Of a stretch of 5,847 bases of DNA, positions 1-5,037 are shown one piece after another. Source of the stretch: a virus; IMG/VR virus record IMGVR_UViG_3300045988_004982, positions 1-5,847 of that record; one strand, 5' to 3'. Made by a program: the position numbers and the translations under genes. The first letter of the stretch is position 1; every line of letters begins with the position of its first letter. The notes beneath the pieces are model-generated. The model did not search any database, had not been told where the DNA came from, and saw only the letters and a list, made by a program, of their open reading frames with translations.

Positions 1-55
1 AAAAAGCCAAAGAAGCAGTAGAAAAGACTGGTAAAGCAGCCAAAGAAGGTGCTGA
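1..55. repeat. Terminal direct overlap, copy 1, identical to 5793..5847 (circular-contig redundancy)
   Basis: The 55-nt string aaaaagccaaagaagcagtagaaaagactggtaaagcagccaaagaaggtgctga occurs at both window ends. Confidence 0.97.
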
Positions 56-146
56 AAAAATAACCGAAGATATTATCAACAGGACAGCAAGAAGAAGCAA
101 ACTAATAGATGGATTCAAATCTGGAAAACCATACACAGGAGACTAA
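1..146 (+). CDS. C-terminal part of the DNA pilot / minor capsid protein VP2, continuing from 5066..5792 across the circular junction
   Basis: Codons are in phase with position 3. The reading ...KAKEAVEKTGKAAKEGAEKITEDIINRTARRSKLIDGFKSGKPYTGD ends at TAA 144..146. It is in frame with the ORF that runs off the 3' end of the window once the 55-nt overlap is collapsed. Total length is 873 nt, 290 aa. Confidence 0.85.
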   Translation, partial: KAKEAVEKTGKAAKEGAEKITEDIINRTARRSKLIDGFKSGKPYTGD

Positions 147-152
147 GAAAGG

Positions 153-184
153 AAGGGGGGGATGACAAAACATCCCCCCTTTTT
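153..184 (+). terminator. Rho-independent terminator after VP2
   Basis: A 9-bp GC-rich stem pairs GGGGGGATG (156..164) with CATCCCCCC (171..179) around the 6-nt loop ACAAAA. The stem can extend through G155:T180 and AA153-154:TT181-182. It is followed by a run of 5 T (180..184) and lies 7 nt after the VP2 stop. Confidence 0.8.
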
Positions 185-223
185 GGTAACAATAATCCAA
201 AAAATAGAGAATGTGGAAAACTT

Positions 224-392
224 GAGTTTTCAACACTTTCAACAGGTTTTCAACAACAAGTTGCACAAAGAAATTCGTCATTATGACGAACATTCAACAA
301 TTCAACAAGTTTTCAACAAAACTTTCAACAGTCAAAAAGGCAATAAATAAACGTAGAAACGTTAAAAAAACGAGTTTTCAACACTTTCAACA
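224..392 (+). repeat. Iteron-like array of nine same-orientation TTCAACA heptamers, including an exact 21-nt direct repeat
   Basis: TTCAACA occurs at 229, 238, 249, 293, 301, 312, 324, 377 and 386. The 21-mer gagttttcaacactttcaaca occurs at 224..244 and again at 372..392. Extended forms are GTTTTCAACA (x4) and ACTTTCAACA (x3). Spacing within clusters is 8 to 12 nt. Confidence 0.85.
274..290. promoter_or_regulatory. 17-nt palindrome TTCGTCAT-T-ATGACGAA, a candidate operator or hairpin between iteron clusters
   Basis: The arms 274..281 and 283..290 are exact reverse complements. The element sits between the first cluster (229..255) and the second cluster (293..330). Confidence 0.5.
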
Positions 393-411
393 CTACTACT
401 ACTACTACTAC
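392..411. repeat. Trinucleotide microsatellite (TAC)6
   Basis: Six consecutive TAC units run from 394..411 (equivalently six ACT units from 392..409), directly abutting the last TTCAACA copy. Confidence 0.9.
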
Positions 412-444
412 AACAAGTTAATATATAAAGAAAGCGAGGTGTCA

Positions 445-479
445 ACCGGCACAAGATAGACAAGGAAGCTTGTGCCGGT
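445..479 (+). promoter_or_regulatory. Perfect 11-bp stem-loop ending 7 nt before the rep start codon
   Basis: ACCGGCACAAG (445..455) pairs with CTTGTGCCGGT (469..479). The 13-nt loop ATAGACAAGGAAG carries an SD-like AAGGAAG. No T-tract follows, so it is not a classical terminator. Confidence 0.6.
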
Positions 480-486
480 AACAAAA

Positions 487-1476
487 ATGCCATGTACAAA
501 ACCATTAGTATTTCAGATGGACACGAAAAAGCCACGGCTATGGGGAAGTCTGGAAAACCTATCAAAGCAAGGACTTCAAGCGGACATCATGGACGGAATC
601 AAAAAAGGAAAATTCGCATTGTTACCATGCGGTAAGTGTGAATACTGTCGGAAACAGATGGCTGACCAATGGGCAACCAGAATAGAACTGGAAGCCAAAG
701 AATGGGACGATGTGATTTTTCTAACACTAACTTATGATGATGAGCACATACCTTATGGTGAAATCATCAAAGGTTACAGAAGCATTCAGAGTCAGACAGT
801 AAGCAAGCGAGACGTGCAGCTATTTATAAAGCGGCTACGAAAAGCATACAAAAAGCCAATAAAATACTTTCTAGCAGCTGAATATGGTGACAGAACAAAA
901 AGACCACACTATCACGCAATAGTATTTGGACTGAAACCACCGGATGCACAATGGTATAAAAACCAAAAGGGCAACAGCTATTTCAAAAGCGAGTGGTTAC
1001 AAAAAATCTGGGGCAAAGGCATGATAGACTTTTCACCAGCACAACCGGGGAGCTTTGCGTACGTGGCACAATACGTCAACAAAAAAGCCATAGGTGCAGA
1101 GCAAGCGGCAAAATACTGGATGGAAGGCAGAGAACCAGAGTTCCGAATCATGTCGAAAGGCATCGGCGAAAAGTATCTGAACGAACACAAAGATGAAATC
1201 TTGAAGACAGATAGCATCATATGCGCAGGAGGACGCGAGAAAAGGCCTCCACGCTATTTTGATAAGATACTTGATAAGGATACCAGCCAAGACACTGAAA
1301 GCTATTTTAAGGCACATTCTGACGAGCTGAGAGAGGTTAGAGCCAGACGCAGACGCAGTGCAATACAAAGTTTGGTCAATCTCGAACAGAACACGAGCGT
1401 GGATTACGAAACTTACCTTAACATTCAGAAAGAAAAAGACAAGCTAAAGCAAAAGTGGCGAGAACCGAAAGCATGA
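487..1476 (+). CDS. Replication initiation protein (Microviridae VP4 / phiX174 gpA-like HUH endonuclease)
   Basis: Rolling-circle Rep motifs are present: FLTLTY (motif 1), HYHAIVF (HUH, H codons at 907..909 and 913..915) and YVAQYVNKK (double catalytic Tyr at 1060..1062 and 1072..1074, compare phiX174 gpA YVAKYVNKK). There is also a CGKCEYCR cysteine motif. The start was moved from the track's GTG 472 to ATG 487, giving an MPCTKPL N-terminus typical of the family. Confidence 0.95.
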   Translation: MPCTKPLVFQMDTKKPRLWGSLENLSKQGLQADIMDGIKKGKFALLPCGKCEYCRKQMADQWATRIELEAKEWDDVIFLTLTYDDEHIPYGEIIKGYRSIQSQTVSKRDVQLFIKRLRKAYKKPIKYFLAAEYGDRTKRPHYHAIVFGLKPPDAQWYKNQKGNSYFKSEWLQKIWGKGMIDFSPAQPGSFAYVAQYVNKKAIGAEQAAKYWMEGREPEFRIMSKGIGEKYLNEHKDEILKTDSIICAGGREKRPPRYFDKILDKDTSQDTESYFKAHSDELREVRARRRRSAIQSLVNLEQNTSVDYETYLNIQKEKDKLKQKWREPKA

Positions 1477-1613
1477 CGCGCACAGCGCTAACAATGAATG
1501 GATTAGCCGAGTTCCGCATACGCTCCACACGGCAAGGCGCTAAAGCGCCATTCAAAACAAAGGAGCAAAACCGAGTTACTAATATATCAATTAAAATTTC
1601 AAAAAAAACTTGA
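1473..1613 (+). CDS. Candidate 46-aa basic ORF, start overlapping the rep stop (ATGA)
   Basis: ATG 1473 overlaps the rep TGA 1474..1476. The translation is MTRTALTMNGLAEFRIRSTRQGAKAPFKTKEQNRVTNISIKISKKT. There is no clear SD and no recognisable family, and its 3' end runs into the -35 box of the downstream promoter. It may be noncoding. Confidence 0.2.
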   Translation: MTRTALTMNGLAEFRIRSTRQGAKAPFKTKEQNRVTNISIKISKKT

Positions 1614-1638
1614 CTTTTTTTAAAAAAAATGATAAAAT
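1610..1638 (+). promoter_or_regulatory. Sigma70/SigA-type promoter with extended -10
   Basis: The -35 box is TTGACT (1610..1615), followed by a 17-nt A/T-only spacer. TG at 1630..1631 gives an extended -10, and the -10 box is TAAAAT (1633..1638). It lies 28 nt upstream of the ORF61 start, which has the SD GGAAGG. Confidence 0.7.
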
Positions 1639-1665
1639 ATAATTACAGAAAGGAAGGCGAAAACC

Positions 1666-1851
1666 ATGACGCACGTATATGAAATCCGAAAGCTAGAAAA
1701 AAACGGAAAAGTGACCACCATCCGAATGGTCACAGCAGAACCAAAAGCGGCAAAGAAAGCGTTCAAAGAATACGCAGAAGCAAATCCGGGAATTTACTCT
1801 TTATACCAAGTCCGCAAAGTAGGAGCATGCTTCACAGAAAGAGAGGATTGA
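1666..1851 (+). CDS. Hypothetical 61-aa protein, first gene of the accessory cassette
   Basis: An SD (AAAGGAAGG, 1650..1658) precedes ATG 1666. The stop at 1849..1851 lies 5 nt before the peptidase start. There is no TM segment and I recognise no family. Confidence 0.7.
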   Translation: MTHVYEIRKLEKNGKVTTIRMVTAEPKAAKKAFKEYAEANPGIYSLYQVRKVGACFTERED

Positions 1852-1856
1852 CAAAG

Positions 1857-2249
1857 ATGCTTAAATGCTATATCATGGACACAGACGGAAACATACAACT
1901 TACAAGACACTTCAAAGTAAAAGAATTTGCATGCAAAGACGGCAGTCAAGTAGTATTCATAGACGACCACTTATATACCGTTCTAGACATCCTCAGAAAT
2001 AAACTAGGAAAACCGGTAATCATCACCAGCGGATACAGAACACCAGAATGGAACAAAAAATGCGGTGGGGCAAAATACAGCTATCATATGCGCGGTATGG
2101 CGGCAGATATCCGGGTCAATGGTATAAGCGCAAAAGAGCTTGCCAACAAACTGAATGAAATCGTCCCGGATGAATGCGGCATTATCGTATACAACACTTG
2201 GGTGCACTTTGATGTGCGAACCGGGAAAAAATACAGAAAGGGGGTGTAA
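1857..2249 (+). CDS. Zinc D,D- or L,D-peptidase of the M15 / LAS type (Peptidase_M15A-like), putative peptidoglycan hydrolase
   Basis: The signature reads F-x-x-x-EF-x-C ... SGYRTPEWNKKCGGAKYSYHMRGMAADI ... WVHFD, which matches the SGYR-x4-N-x3-GG-x3-S-x-H-x2-G-x-A-x-D plus H-x-D pattern of the M15A family. Putative Zn ligands are the H codon 2085..2087, D 2106..2108 and H 2205..2207. ATG 1857 (SD GAGAGGA 1841..1847, 9-nt spacing) is preferred over the track's ATG 1827, whose AGGAG is only 1 nt away. Confidence 0.85.
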   Translation: MLKCYIMDTDGNIQLTRHFKVKEFACKDGSQVVFIDDHLYTVLDILRNKLGKPVIITSGYRTPEWNKKCGGAKYSYHMRGMAADIRVNGISAKELANKLNEIVPDECGIIVYNTWVHFDVRTGKKYRKGV

Positions 2250-2314
2250 CAATGGAACGTATCAGAATCAAGTGATAATCAAATGACGCCATAATCTGGA
2301 AAGAAGGATTAACA

Positions 2315-2389
2315 ATGAAATCATGGAATGTACGAGACCAGACCAAAAAAGCAAATTGTAAGCGAAACAGAAAACACATAAAGGAGTAA
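2315..2389 (+). CDS. Candidate 24-aa highly basic peptide
   Basis: The translation is MKSWNVRDQTKKANCKRNRKHIKE, with SD GAAGGA (2303..2308) 6 nt upstream. Its stop TAA immediately follows the SD of the next ORF. It is below the track size cutoff. Confidence 0.35.
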   Translation: MKSWNVRDQTKKANCKRNRKHIKE

Positions 2390-2393
2390 ACTA

Positions 2394-2510
2394 ATGGCAC
2401 ACAGAAGCGGAGCGGGTCAAGGCGACCAGAAACGATTTACCCAGACTGCAAAGCGGGTAAAAAACATCAACGTAAGGCCGAAGGTATCGCGAGGCGGCAT
2501 CCGGCTGTAA
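2394..2510 (+). CDS. 38-aa basic protein, J / VP8-like DNA-binding packaging protein
   Basis: The translation is MAHRSGAGQGDQKRFTQTAKRVKNINVRPKVSRGGIRL, with a perfect SD AAGGAG (2381..2386) 7 nt upstream. Its size, charge and the F-x-x-TA-x-R-x-K-x-IN ... RGGIRL C-terminus match my recollection of gokushovirus small basic ORF8-type proteins. This was not verified by search. Confidence 0.6.
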   Translation: MAHRSGAGQGDQKRFTQTAKRVKNINVRPKVSRGGIRL

Positions 2511-2541
2511 GCGACACAAACCAAAAAAAGGAGGCGAATTA

Positions 2542-2658
2542 ATGGCACTAATCAAGGTCAAGGACGTCAAGGAGGCAATTGCGCTGATGATGAACATCCT
2601 CGAAAAACTTGACGAAATTTACCACGCACTGAAGGATGCAAACAAAGACAAAGAGTAA
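2542..2658 (+). CDS. 38-aa acidic, helix-prone hypothetical protein
   Basis: The translation is MALIKVKDVKEAIALMMNILEKLDEIYHALKDANKDKE, with SD AAGGAGG (2528..2534) 7 nt upstream. Its stop overlaps the SD of the following gene. Confidence 0.5.
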   Translation: MALIKVKDVKEAIALMMNILEKLDEIYHALKDANKDKE

Positions 2659-2670
2659 AGGAGAAAAAAC

Positions 2671-2925
2671 ATGAAAATGACGTTCTATTGTTTCAAAGAC
2701 AGCGTAACCAACGGATACAGCAATCCGTTCTTACAGCTCAACAGAGCACAGGCAATCCGAACGGCACGATGGAAAGCCAACGAAAGCAAGGTAAACGAAA
2801 TCGAAGACATCAGCCTAGTTGAACTGGGCGAATTCGACACCGAAACGGGCGAAATGTACGGCGCAGACCCGAAACAGCTGTGCAGCCTGACAGACCTCAA
2901 GGAGAAATTTGATGTTAAGTCCTGA
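2671..2925 (+). CDS. VP5-like nonstructural protein (gokushovirus ORF5 family, protein C analogue)
   Basis: SD GGAG (2660..2663) lies 7 nt upstream. The N-terminal F-x-D-x-x-x-x-x-Y-x-x-PF, the A-x-R motif and the LVELGEFDTETGEM motif resemble the conserved pattern I recall for gokushovirus VP5. It overlaps the next gene by 14 nt. Confidence 0.6.
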   Translation: MKMTFYCFKDSVTNGYSNPFLQLNRAQAIRTARWKANESKVNEIEDISLVELGEFDTETGEMYGADPKQLCSLTDLKEKFDVKS

Positions 2926-3337
2926 CGTAATGGTGCGCTACTACGGCATGCCAACTGAAAGAGTAGCAAACAATCCGGGCAACAAGACCGCGCCAACATG
3001 GAAAGCGGTTAAGCGGCCAAACGGCACTACCGACTACATCCAGCAGCCGGATGAAGACACATACGAAAAAATCCAGCGAGCCGGCGAGGGCTACGACCTT
3101 GCAAGCGCAATCGCACGGCTGGAAGCGGGAGACGCCAGCATCAAGGCAAAGAGCATGGTATACACCGAAGGAACTGACCTTGAAAATCTGCCGAAGGATA
3201 TCATGACGATGCACGAAAAGGCCGAAGCAGCAGCCGAAACAATGGAACAGCTGAAACAGATGCAGCAGACCGAACAGCCGAAGCCGGCAGAGGAAAAAAA
3301 CAAAGAAGAGGTGAAGGAAAACGAACCGAAACAGTGA
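2912..3337 (+). CDS. Putative internal scaffolding protein (VP3-like), 141 aa
   Basis: SD AAGGAG (2899..2904) lies 7 nt before ATG 2912 (the track used TTG 2909). The gene sits immediately upstream of the capsid gene, has a size typical of VP3 and carries a strongly acidic E/K/Q-rich C-terminal tail. The assignment is positional and compositional, not motif-based. Confidence 0.5.
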   Translation: MLSPDVMVRYYGMPTERVANNPGNKTAPTWKAVKRPNGTTDYIQQPDEDTYEKIQRAGEGYDLASAIARLEAGDASIKAKSMVYTEGTDLENLPKDIMTMHEKAEAAAETMEQLKQMQQTEQPKPAEEKNKEEVKENEPKQ

Positions 3338-3362
3338 AAACCATTTCGCGCAAGTACCGCGG

Positions 3363-5027
3363 ATGGAACGACCGCGAAGCAAATTTGACAGAAGCCACCA
3401 GCTTCTGACAACCATCAACGAAGGTGACCTAGTGCCCATCTACTGTGATGAGGTACTTCCGGGCGATACCGCAAAGGTACATCTTAACGGTCTTATCCGT
3501 ATGAGTACGCCTATCTATCCTGTCATGGATAACTGCTATATGGACACATATTTCTTCTTTGTTCCCTGTCGTCTGCTCTGGGAACACTGGGAAAATATGT
3601 TCGGCGAAAACGATACAAACTACTGGGCAGAAAAAACCGAATACAGCACGCCGACTTGCACAATCGGCGGCACCAGCGGTCTGAGTAATGGCAGCCTCGG
3701 AGACTACTTTGGACTGCCGACCGGAATCAAGAACAAAATCGAAGTCAACGCACTTCCGGCAAGAGCATACGCAATGATTTACAACGAGTGGTTCCGAGAT
3801 GAAAACATCGAAGCACCGTTGATGTTAGGCTATAAAAAAACGGATAACGGCGACGGACACACAAACCCGGACACAATCAAAACCCAGGCAGTAAATGAGC
3901 CAGCACAAACCACATCCACAAACGAAGCGGCACTATACAGCAGGAAGCCAGCCAAGGCAGGAAAATTCCACGACTACTTCACATCCTGTTTGCCAAGTCC
4001 GATGAAATCTGAACCTGTGGAAATCAACCTAACAGGTAATGCACCACTTAAACTGGGAAAAAGCGATGGCACAACGGTTCCAAGCCTGGAAACGGGCAAC
4101 GGTCCGGAAATGGTTTTAAGCGCAACAGGAGGAGCCGCAAATAAAACGGGATCGTTGGCATACGCAGGAAGCCCAAACAATAAAATAATGCAATTCACGG
4201 GAACAATGGGCAACACAATCGGCGCAGGAGGTTATTTGTTCGCAGACCTGAGCGGGGTCAACGCAATCAGCATTCAGGATTTACGCATGAGCATTGCACT
4301 GCAGCACATCTTTGAAGCAGATGCACGAAACGGCACGCGCTATCGCGAGTTCCTTTCCGGCACGTGGGGCGTGACAAGTCCGGACAGCCGTCTGCAGATT
4401 CCTGAATACATCGGCGGACAGCGCATTGCAATCAATGTAAATCAAGTTGTGCAGACGAGCCAGACGGACACGCAAACCGGGCAGGCACTGGGCAATACCG
4501 CAGCATACAGTCTGACCACGTGCAGCAAGCAAATGGTGGACTACGCAGCAACCGAATACGGCTTTATCATCGGTCTGGCGGTGGTACGAGTGGAGCACAG
4601 CTACCAGCAAGGGCTTGCAACCAAGTGGACACGTGGCGGACGGTTCACCTACTACGACCCGCGTCTAGCAGCACTGGGCGAACAGCCAGTGTACAACCGT
4701 GAAATCTATGCACAGGGCACGACAGAAGATAACGAAATCTTCGGCTACCAAGAGGCGTGGGCGGATTACCGCTACAAGCCTTCTTACGTAACCGGCGAAA
4801 TGCGTTCTAACTACCAAACGAGCTTAGACGCATGGCACTATGCGGACGATTATAACGCGCTCCCGCGTCTCTCGGCAGAGTGGATCCAAGAAGGAACACA
4901 GAACATTGACCGAACGATTGCAGTAACAAGCGCAAAAAGCCACCAATTCTTGTGTGACTTCTACTTCACAGAAGATTGGTATCGCGAAATGCCTATCTAC
5001 AGCATCCCGGGCATCGAAAGAATCTAA
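3363..5027 (+). CDS. Major capsid protein VP1 (Microviridae F-protein family), 554 aa
   Basis: The N-terminal FDRSHQLLTTINEGDLVPIYCDEVLPGDT...YFFFVPCRLLWE matches the hallmark FD-x-SH ... G-x-L-x-P ... EVLPGDT ... FFVP-x-RLLW pattern of gokushovirus capsid proteins. The length is typical. ATG 3363 is the first possible start after the in-frame stop at 3312. Confidence 0.97.
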   Translation: MERPRSKFDRSHQLLTTINEGDLVPIYCDEVLPGDTAKVHLNGLIRMSTPIYPVMDNCYMDTYFFFVPCRLLWEHWENMFGENDTNYWAEKTEYSTPTCTIGGTSGLSNGSLGDYFGLPTGIKNKIEVNALPARAYAMIYNEWFRDENIEAPLMLGYKKTDNGDGHTNPDTIKTQAVNEPAQTTSTNEAALYSRKPAKAGKFHDYFTSCLPSPMKSEPVEINLTGNAPLKLGKSDGTTVPSLETGNGPEMVLSATGGAANKTGSLAYAGSPNNKIMQFTGTMGNTIGAGGYLFADLSGVNAISIQDLRMSIALQHIFEADARNGTRYREFLSGTWGVTSPDSRLQIPEYIGGQRIAINVNQVVQTSQTDTQTGQALGNTAAYSLTTCSKQMVDYAATEYGFIIGLAVVRVEHSYQQGLATKWTRGGRFTYYDPRLAALGEQPVYNREIYAQGTTEDNEIFGYQEAWADYRYKPSYVTGEMRSNYQTSLDAWHYADDYNALPRLSAEWIQEGTQNIDRTIAVTSAKSHQFLCDFYFTEDWYREMPIYSIPGIERI

Positions 5028-5037
5028 GAAAGGAGGA

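Noticed and set aside
162-350. 62-aa + strand ORF covering most of the intergenic repeat array
   Set aside because: Its ATG lies inside the stem of the VP2 terminator. The TTCAACA repeats fall in all three phases of this frame, and two further copies lie beyond its stop, so the repetition is at the DNA level. Its composition is T-richer than the confident genes. Coding potential cannot be fully excluded without comparative data.
472-486. GTG 472 as the rep start, and ATG 1827 as the peptidase start, as given in the ORF track
   Set aside because: GTG 472 lies inside the 3' arm of the 11-bp hairpin, only 3 nt after the SD-like loop sequence, whereas ATG 487 gives the family-typical M-x-C-x-x-P N-terminus. 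ATG 1827 has its AGGAG only 1 nt upstream and would overlap ORF61 by 25 nt, whereas ATG 1857 has a well-spaced SD.
993-1196. 67-aa basic + strand ORF embedded out of frame in rep, as a possible phiX174 B/K-style overlapping gene
   Set aside because: It has a GTG start with no SD and no recognisable motif, and its length is within chance expectation for an alternative frame. It is worth a selection test in relatives but is not supportable from this window alone.
1536-1549. Small hairpin GGCGC-TAAA-GCGCC downstream of rep as a possible terminator
   Set aside because: The stem is only 5 bp and no T-tract follows, so it is too weak to call.
1848-1876. TTGACA-17 nt-TATCAT promoter-like match at the ORF61/peptidase junction
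   Set aside because: This is a good sequence match, but a transcript starting downstream of it would lack the peptidase start codons (1857 and 1875). The next in-frame ATG lies after the catalytic SGYR motif. It is probably fortuitous or at most a minor internal promoter, and only 5'-end mapping could decide.
2915-3439. 174-aa and 106-aa minus-strand ORFs antisense to the scaffold gene, together with the other minus-strand ORFs in the track (102..293, 362..565, 978..1368, 2004..2597, 2685..2999, 3974..4610)
   Set aside because: Microviridae transcribe one strand only. These are shadow ORFs created by the A/G-rich codon usage of the sense genes, giving Cys/Phe/Leu/Ser-rich, low-complexity translations. 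None has a plausible SD.
4520-4702. 60-aa + strand ORF embedded out of frame in VP1
   Set aside because: It has no SD and a low-complexity R/S/G-rich translation typical of an off-frame read of a GC-richer capsid segment.
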